Shown: positions 1 to 12,925, counted from the stretch's first letter. The stretch is 64,000 nt of DNA from Eledone cirrhosa (GCA_964016885.1 OZ024743.1:219914001-219978000); one strand, 5' to 3'. The notes: generated from the sequence alone by a model not told the origin. A program made the numbers and translations.

Positions 1-437
1 TAAGTATGTAGCTTTAATGGGTCTTTGGTCATCGACAAAAAACATTTATGATTATACAATGTGACGTGTGTAAGTCAGCCTTGTGAATCTTATTCCCCAC
101 CAAACTAAGGAATTTAGTTAGAGCCAAAAAAAAAAAAAAAAAAAAAAATGAAGCTGCTCAAGCAAAATCAGAACCCGTGTATTCTCGCTCAATTCGCTGG
201 GAGCTCACCATAGCATTCTACAATATATATATATATACACGTGCTTTTTTTGTTTCTATGGATGTAGGTAGACATGTGTATTATATAGTGTATATATATA
301 TATATATATATGTAGATATCTATCTATATATATATATATATATGTATGTATATATATATATATATTATATATATCTGCTTTATAGTGCAGTTAATTGTCA
401 CAAGAGACGAAGTTACTCGCCACTACATTCTATATTC
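1..437 (-). other. Probable 3' UTR or downstream region of the Nkx2.2-like gene, containing (TA)n and a 23-nt U tract (A23 on + at 126-148)
   Basis: Directly follows the stop codon. No clear AATAAA is seen on the minus strand, so the transcript end is not defined. Confidence 0.55.
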
Positions 438-1375
438 TCACCACCAGCCTGACCTTGGTTGCATGAGTGGATGAGAATAACTGGGCAGTACACTCATGCC
501 TACGTTAAGATTCACAGAGTTCATACTATAGGAACAGTTCATGTTCATCGAAGAAGACGCCAGCGTTGACGCCATGTTGGCCATGGAGTTCATCGGTGGC
601 ATTGAGTTAATCTGGTTGTGAGCAGAAAGGCTACTGTTTATGCTAGAGTTTACTGAGGCGCCCAAGTTGTGTTGTAACGAGAGCTGATCCTGTGCCTTTA
701 CAAGAGATCCGTTCACCGTTGACTGACACGGTTTTCCGTCTCGTACCAACACGGGAACAGCTACACGTCTTGGCGATGGTAGAGGATTCAGTTCTATGCC
801 TTTCTCCTGACGGGCGCGTTTCAATTTGTAACGGTGATTTTGAAACCAGATTTTCACTTGAGTCGGCGTCAGACGAATTATGCTAGCGAGATGCTCACGT
901 TCCGGGGCGGAGAGATAGCGTTGCTGGCGGAAGCGACGCTCCAGCTCATAAGTCTGGGCTTTAGAAAATAACACCCGACGTTTGCGCTTTTTCTGAGAAT
1001 CGCTACCGCCTCCACCACCACCTCCTCCACTGCTTCCGTTGCTTCCCCCCACTCCTGAGCCGACTCCGCCACCTCCTGCTTCTCCGGATGAATGAAGAAC
1101 AAAATTTTCGACCGTTTTGCCACAGTCCGGGTTTGTTATATCAAGTACGGACGATTCGTCGTCGCCTAAATTGGAACGGTTACCGAGAGGTATGCTGCTG
1201 TTATTGGAACAGCTGCTGTTGATGCTGCTGTTGCTGTTGCTGCTATGGTGTAGAGGATGTGTTCGCTGAAACAAGGGTTTTATATCACTTAGTGATACGA
1301 CTCCTTTTGGATCAGTCGGTCCTTTATCGCTGGATGAACTGCTAGCGTTGGTTGCATGCTTCAACTGATCCAAAC
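438..1375 (-). CDS. Nkx2-2: Terminal coding exon of an NK2-class homeobox gene (Nkx2.2/vnd-like); upstream exon(s) not found in window
   Basis: Homeodomain [59 protein letters not shown] (about 810-989) has the NK2-diagnostic Tyr54 and Nkx2.2-type residues (KAQTYE, NHRY). It is followed by the NK2-specific domain [17 protein letters not shown] and a Trp-containing C-terminus (GWW*). The ORF-track 'M' is a TTG. A splice acceptor tttctttgcAG|GT TTG (AG at 1377-1376) lies just upstream, implying a phase-1 intron. Confidence 0.95.
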
Positions 1376-1395
1376 CTGCAAAGAAATAAATGGAG
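1376..1395 (-). promoter_or_regulatory. 3' splice acceptor and polypyrimidine tract of the homeobox exon
   Basis: Minus strand reads ...catttatttctttgcAG|GTTTGGATCAG, continuous with the homeodomain reading frame. Confidence 0.85.
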
Positions 1396-1431
1396 GTTAA
1401 TGAGTGATATACAATAATGTATTTGAGCTCG

Positions 1432-1658
1432 TTATAATAGTGATTTCTAGTATAGGCACAAGGCCAGTAATTTGGGGCGAAAGGGAAAGTCGATTAAATC
1501 GACCCCAGTGCATTACTGGTGCTTTATTTTATCGACCCCGTAAGGATGAAAGGCAAAGCTAACCTCAGCGGGATTTGAACTCAGAACTGAAAGGGCCGTA
1601 ACTCTATACAGCAAAGCATATTTACCGACGCTCTACCTATACTGCCAATCCACCGCTC
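1432..1658 (-). mobile_element. Octopus-type tRNA-derived SINE, long form
   Basis: Reverse complement shows an A-box-like TGGCAGTATAGG, B-box GAGTTCAAATCCC, body CTTTGCCTTTCATCCTTACGGGGTCGATAAAATAAAG..CACTGGGGTCGATTTAATCGAC and an ATT-rich tail. Homologous to copies at 5044-5632 and 10327-10505. Confidence 0.85.
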
Positions 1659-1712
<54 letters not shown>

Positions 1713-1716
1713 TAAT
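1659..1716. repeat. (TAA)n microsatellite
   Basis: About 19 near-perfect TAA units. Confidence 0.97.
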
Positions 1717-2146
1717 AGGCCTGACCTGGTGGTTTTGGACAAGGAAAAAAAGATTGTGTCTGATTGTAGATGTAACCTGCCCATTTGACACGAGAGTGCA
1801 AGAAAAGGAGAGGGAGAAAATTAACCGATACCAGGATTTAAAGTGGGAGTTAAAAAGGATTTGGAACTGCCATGAAATCAAGGTCGTCCCGATTGTCATA
1901 GGCGCACCAGGTACTATCTCAAAGAGTTTCCAAGGATGGTTAAAGAAGATTAGTCCAGCCCCGCTTTTTGGAACACTTCAAAAGGCATGCTTGCTGGGAA
2001 CAGCGAGAACCCTCCGATACGTCCTGAATATCTGAGGCTGCTGGTAGCGGCTTGATATTCATTTCAACAAACTTTCAGTTAAATAACATCAATAACTGAG
2101 ACTCAAAGAACAATAATAATAATAACAATAAAGATAATAATAATAA
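1714..2146 (+). mobile_element. 5'-truncated non-LTR retrotransposon fragment, R4/Dong-like, encoding the C-terminal restriction-like endonuclease (frameshifted), with 3' UTR and (AAT)n tail
   Basis: Frame from 1714 reads NRPDLVVLDKEKK, then a +1 frameshift gives CLIVDVTCPFDTRVQEKEREKINRYQDLKWELKRIW..VVPIVIGAPGTISK..LQKACLLGTARTLRYVL* (stop 2035). This is the RPD..D..EK..RY pattern of RLE domains. Flanked by (TAA)n on both sides. Confidence 0.85.
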
Positions 2147-2371
2147 TGTTTTCTTTATTAACCACGAGGGTTGACATAAAGTATAACATTAAGGACAGCA
2201 CAGGACGGTACAAATGGGCATTTCTGCGTGTAAAGAAAAAACAAAGAAATGAAAAAAAAAGTAATAATAATGATTTCTTTATTTTAATAACAGGGACCTT
2301 TTGAATGATAAATAAATGATGCAAATAAATACACTACCTTGCATTCAAAGAGATGAAAGAAAAAGTATTGG

Positions 2372-2425
2372 AGGGATTTGCACTCAGAACGCTAAAGGAC
2401 GTAACTAAATATCACAAAATATCGG
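2372..2425 (-). mobile_element. Degraded SINE head remnant
   Basis: GGGATTTGCACTCAGAACGCTAAAGGACGTAACT resembles the reverse complement of the SINE B-box region at 1570-1605. Confidence 0.5.
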
Positions 2426-2569
2426 CCGCCATTTTACCAATTTCACCAAAAAGACGGAAAGACAGCAAAAGAAGACAGCAGAATAGGAAAACAAATTGGA
2501 AAACAAAAGCTGATGTGAAGAAGTTATAAAGAAGGAAGATGAGGAAAATACACCAGCAACAGGAGCAGT

Positions 2570-2646
2570 TGATATAATAGTAGTAGTAGTGGTGGTGGCA
2601 GTAGTGGAGGTGGTAGTAGTAGTTGTAATAATTGCAGTAGTAGTAT

Positions 2647-2679
<33 letters not shown>

Positions 2680-2945
2680 CAGTAGTGGTGGTGGTAGTAG
2701 TAGTTGTAATATTTGCAGTAGTAGTGGTAGTGGTACTTGCAGCAGCAGTAGTTGTAGTAGTAGTAGTAGTAGTGGTGGTGGTCATGGTGGTGGTAGTAGT
2801 AGTTGTAATATTTGCAGTAGTAGTAGTAGTAGTGGTGGTGGTGGTTGATGTGGTGTCAGTAGTAGAAGTAGTAGTAGTAGTAGTAGTGGTGGTGGTGGCT
2901 GAGGTGGTGTCAATAGTAGTAGTAGTACTGGTAGTAGTAGATGAA
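2570..2945. repeat. Degenerate (GTA/GTG)n trinucleotide low-complexity tract
   Basis: Long GTA/GTG run with a recurring internal motif GTAGTTGTAATA(A)TTTGCAGTAG (3 copies). Source of the spurious poly-Val and poly-Thr ORFs. Confidence 0.9.
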
Positions 2946-3113
2946 GGAGGAGCAGAAGAAAAAGAAGGCAGGAGATGCAGAATGAGAGGAAAAGGAAAGA
3001 GTAAGGAGGTGAAAAGCGAAGGAAATAGCCAACTATTCTGAGATAACGAAAAGTATTTATTTATTCTAATATTCTGCTTACGTCACTTAGTAAGAAAAGG
3101 GAGCTTTACATAC

Positions 3114-4680
<1,567 letters not shown>

Positions 4681-5043
4681 ATTGTTTTTATTCATTTCAT
4701 TTTCAGTGTTGAGTAAATTAGGTTTCAAAGGCAAATGTGTGCTTAGATCTTAAAAAAGAATAAATATACAGATTGATGATGCCTTGATACAGTAATTCAA
4801 CGCAAACTGGAGATCAATCAGACTTGTCCTAACTATCGTTGCTAAACCATAATACGTCTTCTGATTTTATATACTTCCATGCTTCACATTTATGCTTGCA
4901 TAATAAGACTTAAAATAGCCATACGGATTTCCTATGTTTATTTTGTTATTTTCTTTTCAATGTACCTTTGGCTGCTGTTGTGCTTGTTGTTGTTGTCCTT
5001 GTCTAGTTCTAGGTCAGCTCTGCTTATTTCATTTATTTATCTT

Positions 5044-5220
5044 ATAGGTAGAGAGTCGGGCGCTGTGATTTGACGAATAGAGTTACGGCCCTTACCATTC
5101 TGAGTTCAAATCCCACCGAGGTTAACTTTGCCTTTCATCCTTACGGGGTCGATAAAATAAAGTACCAGTAATGCACTGGGTATTTGCTGACCTTGTACCA
5201 AAAAGTAGAAACAATTATTA
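5044..5220 (+). mobile_element. SINE, short (internally deleted) form, copy 1 of a head-to-tail trimer
   Basis: B-box GAGTTCAAATCCC at about 5102, body CTTTGCCTTTCATCCTTACGGGGTCGATAAAATAAAGTACCAG, tail GAAACAATTATTA. Confidence 0.85.
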
Positions 5221-5416
5221 AAGTGGGGTGGATTGGCAGAATCGGTAGAGGATCGGACGCCATGCTTTGATGCAGAGAGTTACGTCCCTTTATAATCCGA
5301 GTTCAAATACCACCAATGTTAACTTTGCCTTTTATCCTTACGGGGTCGATAAAATAAAGTACCAGTAATGTATTGGATAATTGCTGGCCTTGTGCCAAAA
5401 GTAGAAACAATTATTA
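5221..5416 (+). mobile_element. SINE, short form, copy 2 of trimer
   Basis: A-box TGGCAGAATCGG, B-box GAGTTCAAATACC, same body and ATTATTA tail. Confidence 0.85.
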
Positions 5417-5632
5417 AAGTGGCAGAATCGGTAGAGCGTCGGACAACATGCTTAGCGACGTAGAGGTATGGCCCTTTACGTTCTGAGTTCAAATCTTGCC
5501 GAGGTTAGCTTTGCCTTTCATCCTTATGGAGTCGATAAAATAAAGTACCAGTAATGCACTGGAGTCGATTTAATCGACTTTCCCCTTCCCCCAAAAGTGT
5601 TGGCCTTGCGCCTAAATTAGAAACCATTATTA
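5417..5632 (+). mobile_element. SINE, long form, copy 3 of trimer
   Basis: A and B boxes, plus the GTCGATTTAATCGAC segment missing from copies 1 and 2; ATTATTA tail. Confidence 0.85.
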
Positions 5633-5845
5633 CAGAAGCAGAAGAGATATATACGGTTCTATGCGTTTTCAGTTCAAATCCCCTCACCTTCTGCCAGTGG
5701 TTTCAACTGGCAGATACTATGAACAATAGAGACACCATTGGAAACATAGTTTCATAGTTCTTATCGGATGCTCGGCTTCTTATCGGATGCTCGGTGAGGA
5801 GGGAGAGTTTGTGGAATTGGTGCATAACAAGAAACTTCATTTGAA

Positions 5846-5918
<73 letters not shown>

Positions 5919-5953
5919 GCCCGTCCCCTCAATCTATCTTATTTCTCATTCTT

Positions 5954-5989
5954 TCTTCTGATGAAGGACTAGCGTCCGAAACGTTAAGA
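5954..5989 (+). ncRNA. Minimal type I hammerhead ribozyme motif (PLE-type)
   Basis: Stem I TCTT(5954-57)/AAGA(5986-89); core CTGATGA(5958-64) plus one extra A; stem II GGAC-tagc-GTCC; GAAA(5978-81); palindromic stem III ACGT; putative cleavage triplet GUU. Confidence 0.65.
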
Positions 5990-6074
5990 CCCTCTTTCTG
6001 CTACATCAAGCGTTAACCTAATATATCCCTTCCATATACTGTACCGATTGTGTTGTTATTTCTGTTTACCTTTT

Positions 6075-6103
<29 letters not shown>

Positions 6104-6105
<2 letters not shown>

Positions 6106-6186
6106 ACGAAGGAAATGTGGTAAGGAACCAGGTGGACCATAACGCACCAAAGTACTCAATACTTAGGGTAGTAGAGTGGGTAATAG
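6104..6186 (+). repeat. 83-bp (TA)n-associated interspersed element, copy A
   Basis: 80/83 identical to the reverse complement of 6914-6996; a third copy lies at 13210-13291. Confidence 0.9.
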
Positions 6187-6239
6187 TGTTTTCTAGTGTT
6201 TTCAAATGCATATTTATACACACACAAACATATATATAT

Positions 6240-6462
6240 AGGTGGGTGTGTCAGTATGTGTATGTGTACATTGTGTGTATGTGAGTGTGTATGTCTGGTG
6301 TGTTTATGCTTGTAGATCTGTCACGTAACTTAGCGGTTCGACAAATCGTACCGATCAATTAAATAGTACCAGACTTGAAGTAATAAGTATTGGGGTCAAT
6401 ATGATGGACTAGATCAAGGCGGTGCTGTAACATGACCGCAGCCTAATGAGTGGAACTAGTAT
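6240..6462 (+). mobile_element. 3' part of a second Octopus SINE family, degraded
   Basis: (TG)-rich segment, then GTCACGTAACTTAGCGGTTCG...AATAAGTATTGGGGTC...AAGGCGGTGCTG..CATGACCGCAG..AATGA. Resembles from memory the common Octopus SINE 3' region. Confidence 0.6.
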
Positions 6463-6552
6463 ATGTGGATGCACCAATGTATAGCCATACAAAGATACAC
6501 TCATGTACACGAATAATGAAATCTCCCCCCCCCCCCACTCCCTCTCTCCTCC

Positions 6553-6588
<36 letters not shown>

Positions 6589-6687
6589 GTATATATAATA
6601 AGTAGGGATAAGATGTCAGGGTATCATTATTAAGTTTATTCGCATCGAGTGCATAAGGTTACAATATATTTATTCATAAATATATTT

Positions 6688-6913
<226 letters not shown>

Positions 6914-6993
6914 CTATTACCCACTCTACTACCCTAAGTATTGAGTACTTTGGTGCGTTATGGTCCATCTGGTTCCTTACTACAATTCCTTCG

Positions 6994-6996
<3 letters not shown>
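6914..6996 (-). repeat. 83-bp (TA)n-associated element, copy B (inverted relative to copy A)
   Basis: Reverse complement of 6104-6186 with 3 differences. Directly abuts the 6806-6913 hairpin and is followed by (TA)n. Confidence 0.9.
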
Positions 6997-7080
<84 letters not shown>

Positions 7081-7105
7081 ATAATAATAAAAATCTGTTA
7101 TTTTA

Positions 7106-7208
<103 letters not shown>

Positions 7209-7213
7209 ATATA

Positions 7214-7251
<38 letters not shown>

Positions 7252-7321
7252 AAACTGGAAAGGGAACGAAGACAGAGAAGCAGTACAAACAAAGGTTTAT
7301 TAGTTTCACGCTCTTGAGAGT

Positions 7322-7391
<70 letters not shown>

Positions 7392-7495
7392 GGAGGTGAG
7401 TTTTATTGTAGGACAATAAAACTATGCATACATCAGATATGTTATTGGACACTTTCTTGTTCACAAATGTTTTTAGGCCTCATATCATGTTGCCT

Positions 7496-7566
7496 TATTT
7501 TATCTGATGAGAACGCAATTATCGTCCCAGGATGATATTTGTTTTTGAAATGCGCATAATAAAATA
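7496..7566 (+). ncRNA. Type I hammerhead ribozyme motif (PLE-type) with extended stem II
   Basis: Perfect 8-bp stem I TATTTTAT(7496-7503)/ATAAAATA(7559-66); CTGATGA(7504-10); imperfect stem II of about 16 bp (7511-7546) closed by G-U; GAAA(7547-50); palindromic stem III ATGCGCAT; cleavage triplet AUA (A7558). Confidence 0.7.
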
Positions 7567-7597
7567 TATGGAACTTTTTTAACCATCTTTTAATTTC

Positions 7598-7665
<68 letters not shown>

Positions 7666-7742
7666 ATGTGTGTGTGTGTGTGTATAAATATATATATATG
7701 AATAAATATATATATATATATGTATTTGAGTGTATGTGTATA

Positions 7743-7783
<41 letters not shown>

Positions 7784-8099
7784 GGGACAAAGAATAAACA
7801 GAGAATATGCTTGGTACAGAGAGAGACACGTCAAACATACACAAATATACGTGTGTAATGAATGTAATGAAATGTCTTTGGCAGTTGTATACACCCACTT
7901 AGTTACACTTCATGAAGTAGTATGCGTACTCCGACTCGCTCCACACACACCTGCATACACCCGTACACAGTGACACACTCACACAGTACTCTGTGTACCC
8001 CGACCCCTTACAAACACCCCTAACCTAACCTAACCAACAATTTAAGTAGCATAACCCTTTGCATCTATACACGTGTCATGTTTTTGTACGAGCGACGCC

Positions 8100-8915
<816 letters not shown>

Positions 8916-9687
8916 AGGTAATTATATACATACGTTAGGGGGAGGGGGCTGATTAGCAGTCAGGCTCAGAGAAAAATGAGGAAAAGAAAGAAAGGAAAAA
9001 GAGTAGAGTACGATATACATCATCAATCACGTGGTGTTACATCAATGGACGGAAGAATGGGTGAGTGGGTGAACGAGAAAAAGAGAGAAGGGGTACTGGG
9101 AAAGCTTTTATAACATTTGAATATATTTGTCTCCGTTTTTCCATTTATAATATATTTCTCTCATTATAAATTCAACCGTGGATAGAATTAGTCTATGGAA
9201 CAGTCTTCATTCTACTACCGGAAGTGATCCAGTGTACAGCGGAAATCAGGGGTCAGTAGAATAAAATTACAAGATTAGAATAATAATAATAATAAAAATA
9301 ATAATAATAATGATAATTGCCCCAGTATCTCCAACTTTAGTGTCATTCACACACCATTACTTATGCAAACACTACACACCCTTCAACTACTACTATCATC
9401 ACTTTTCTTACAAATAACATCAACAATAGTATTTCCTATTGCAAACATTACTAAATACCCCTGTTAGTTAAAGCTCCACAGTCAACAGAAATACCATAAC
9501 CATTATCACCATTAGAACATATACATTTCTATCATCATCCCCATCCACACCAATTCCAATCCACACATATCCCTCGTCAAGGACCGGTACTTTAGATCGG
9601 ACCATGGAAATTATATTTCTATTGGTTTTTCTATTGCTGGTATTATGTACTGCTTGCAGAAGCATCACCGCATTTCCGGTGTCAGAA

Positions 9688-9780
9688 CACAGGATTTGAA
9701 CCCAAACACCCAGAGTCGGAACAGTTATCACAAAGCGTCCTGTCCAACATTTTAATAATTCCACCAATCCACCGTCCCTG
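9688..9780 (-). mobile_element. Degraded SINE head (tRNA-like part)
   Basis: CAGGATTTGAACCC (B-box reverse complement) ... CCACCAATCCACCG matches the 5' end of the SINE at ~1645-1657. Confidence 0.5.
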
Positions 9781-9799
9781 GACTTGAACTATATTTATA

Positions 9800-10246
9800 T
9801 ACCTCGATAGGATGAAAGGCAAAGTTGACCTCGGCAGGATTCGAACTCAGAGTACAGAGAAGAGGAACAAATACTGCAGTATTTAATCGTCTCACTAAAC
9901 CAGCAGTCGCCAACCGAAAAATGTGGACATTATTTACAATTTTTATGTTTTATAATAGAACAAAAATTCAGTTAAAATATATTTTATAACACCTAAAAAA
10001 TGTCTCTCCTCATTTAAGAACTAACATCCATGAAATAATTTTACATATGTACCATCTATCGACAATGTGACACACGTACGCTTCAGTATTGTTTAATAAA
10101 ATGGAGGTTCTCTTATCATTATTTTACAAATATATCCATCGTTTTTAAAAAATTCATATTAGTGGTCCACGGGATTGAAAATTATGAATTTAGTGGTTGG
10201 TGAGGTCAGAAAGGTTGGCGACCGCTGCTCTAAACGACTCTGCTGC
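9800..10246 (-). mobile_element. SINE fragment interrupted by an hAT MITE
   Basis: AGGATGAAAGGCAAAGTTGACCTCGGCAGGATTCGAACTCAG at ~9809-9850. SINE head-like sequence resumes as GACTCTGC after the MITE target-site duplication. Confidence 0.7.
9901..10227. mobile_element. Non-autonomous hAT (Charlie/Buster-like) MITE, 327 bp
   Basis: 15-bp TIRs CAGCAGTCGCCAACC / GGTTGGCGACCGCTG (14/15). 8-bp TSD CACTAAAC (9893-9900) / CTCTAAAC (10228-10235), with the central TA typical of Charlie/Buster elements. Confidence 0.88.
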
Positions 10247-10326
10247 ATTCATGCAGTTAACCTTTCTACTGTATATGTACAGATGTAAATATACATTATA
10301 TACCCGGCTACTTAGTGCACAATATA

Positions 10327-10505
10327 TTGGCAGTATCGGTAGAGAGTCGGACACCATGCTTTGAAGCATAGAGTTACGTCCCTTTATGATCTGAGTTCAA
10401 ATCCCGCCGAGGTTAACTTTGCCTTTCATCCTTACGGAGTCGATATAATAAAGTACCAGTAATGTACTGGTTAATTGCTGGCCTTGTGCCAAAAATCGAA
10501 ACAAT
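10327..10505 (+). mobile_element. SINE, short form
   Basis: TGGCAGTATCGGTAGAG...GAGTTCAAATCCCGCCGAGGTTAACTTTGCCTTTCATCC...GCTGGCCTTGTGCCAAAA; same internal deletion as copies at 5044-5416. Confidence 0.85.
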
Positions 10506-11119
10506 ATATATATACACACACACATATATATATGATCTATGGTCCTACTTTATGTGTGTATGCATGCATGTATGTATCTATATATGTATGTATGTGTGGG
10601 TATATTCATCCATGCATCCAGTAATATATCTGTTGTTTACTAATCCATGAATGCAAACAATTAACTATTTATCTATTCGTTTGTTCAACCCGTCAGCCAG
10701 CCATCTTGCTCTGGCTGTAGGTAAAGATCACTCTGACCCCCACGGTTGGTTACCTGCATCCTACCATGTACATGATTGTGAATAATCTATCCATTAACCC
10801 AGTCAACCATTCATCAGTATCCCCGAGCAATCCATTCGTTCAAGCATGTATTTACTCATCCATTCTCGTAAGCAGCCAGTGATCCAGCTAACCAACCAGC
10901 CGGCCAGCCAAGCAATTTGTCAAATAACCAGCTAACCTTCAAGCTAAATACCCATCCATCTATCCATCTATCCATCTATCCATCTATATATCCATCTATC
11001 CACCCTTACACCCATCCAATTATCCAGCCATCCATCCAGCTAGTCGACAAACCAGTCACCCAGTTAGCTTTCTAGCTAATCAAAGAACCGGTTAATTCTC
11101 CAAATAGCTATCATGACAG

Positions 11120-12140
11120 CCACCTATTCAGCCAACCAGCCAACTGAACACCCAGCCAGCCATCCAACCATCCAACCATCCAGCCAGCCATCTGAACAGC
11201 TAGCCAGCCAACCAGCCAAACATCCATCCATCCATCCAGCCAGCCAACTGAACAGCCAGCCAACCATCCAGCCATCCAGCCATCCAACCATCCAACCATC
11301 CAACCATCCAGCCAGTCAGCTGAACAGCTAGCCAGCCAACCAGCCAACCATCCATCCATCCAGCCAGCCAACTGAACAGCTAGCCAGCCAACCAGCCAAA
11401 CATCCATCCATCCAGCCAGCCAGCCAACTGAACAGCCAGTCAGCCAACCAGCCAACCAGCCAACCATCCATCCATCCAGCCATCCAGCCAGCCAGCTGAA
11501 CAGCTAGCCAGCCAACCAGCCAACTATCCATCCATCCATCCAGCCAACTGAACAGCTAGCCAGCCAACCATCCACCCATCCAGCCAGCCAGCTGAACAGC
11601 TAGCCAGCCAACCTTCCATCCATCCATCCAGCCAACTGAACAGCTAGCCAGCCAACCAGCCAGCCATCCATCCAGCCAGCCAACTGAACAGCCAGCCAGC
11701 CAACCATCCATCCATCCATCCAGCCAGCCAACTGAACAGCTAGCCAGCCAACCAAAAATCCATCCATCCAGCCAACTGAACAGCTAGCCAGCCAACCAGC
11801 CAACCATCCATCCAGCCATCCAGCCAGCCAGCTGAACAGCTATCCAGCCAACCAGCCAACCAACCATCCATCCAGCCAGCCAGCTGAACAGCCAGCCAGC
11901 CAACCAGCCAACCATCCATCCATCCATCCAGCCAACTGAACAGCTAGCCAGCCAATCAACCATCCATCCATCCATCCAGCCAGCCAGCTGAACAGCTAGC
12001 CAGCCAACCAGCCAACCATCCATCCATCCAGCCAGCCAACTGAACAGCTAGCCAGCCAACCAGCCAACCATCCATCCATCCAGCCAACTGAACAGCTAGC
12101 CAGCCAACCAGCGAACCAGCTAGCCAGCCAACCAGCCAAC
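11120..12140. repeat. Variable-unit minisatellite (~35-55 bp): CAACTGAACAGCTAG core separated by variable CCAG/CCAA/CCAT tetramer runs
   Basis: About 20 copies of CTGAACAGC embedded in CCAN tetramers; degenerate CCAN/ATCG sequence extends from ~10880 to ~12550. Confidence 0.9.
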
Positions 12141-12884
12141 CAGCCAGCTAAGCAGCAAGTCGACTAAAAATCCCTCCAGCCAGGCAGACACCTAGCTCAA
12201 TAACCAGCCAGGTAACCATCCAACCAACCATCATTACAGCCAGCTAACCAGGTAACCATCCAACCATCCATCTATCAAATCAACCAGCCAGTCAACCAAT
12301 CTTCAATCGATCGATCGATGCATCCATCTATCCAGCCAGCTAGCCAGCCAGCCAGCCAAACCACCATCCATCGAAACATCCGTTTATCAAACCAACCAAC
12401 CAACCATCGATCCATCGATTCTTCAAACCAGCCAACCAAACAGCCAACCAACCATCGATCCATCCATCGATCGATTGATCGATCGATCGATCGATCCATC
12501 CAACCATCCAGACAGCCAGCCGACAAACCAGCCAGCCAATCAACTAACAAGCCAGTTCTCATACGGAGTACACAGAAAGGTGTACATGAGGAAATTGTTC
12601 ATGTAGAACGGCCGTGACTGTAAATCATTGTTTCCACATTATTCTATATGACTGAACAAACATTGAGGCAACACAAGCAGGAAGTTATAAACAGACTGAA
12701 GACAAACAGAAACATAGATATTAGGGATAGTAGAAAGAAACAAAACAAATACAACAATATAGCTGGCTGATACATGTGTACATGGTAATATGTATGTTAG
12801 ATTATACGTAGTTTTATGTGTATGTATGTATGTATGTATGTATGCACATACACACAGATATACACAGATATACACTTCCATACA

Positions 12885-12920
<36 letters not shown>

Positions 12921-12925
<5 letters not shown>

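Noticed and set aside
692-1123. Short ORFs overlapping the homeobox exon (692-886 +, 878-1123 -)
   Set aside because: Alternative-frame shadows of a GC-rich coding exon.
1371-1373. Start codon of the homeobox ORF as given in the track
   Set aside because: It is a TTG two bases inside a splice acceptor, and the protein lacks the N-terminal TN domain.
2405-3041. Poly-Thr mucin-like or poly-Val membrane protein ORFs
   Set aside because: Trinucleotide low-complexity DNA with no credible exon structure.
5044-5632. tRNA genes suggested by A/B boxes
   Set aside because: The boxes belong to SINE heads; there is no cloverleaf and they continue into SINE body sequence.
5758-5794. 18-bp direct repeat TTCTTATCGGATGCTCGG x2 as a target-site duplication
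   Set aside because: The copies are 1 bp apart with nothing inserted between them; a simple local duplication.
10811-10817. Minus-strand CTGATGA box
   Set aside because: No stem II or GAAA partner follows it.
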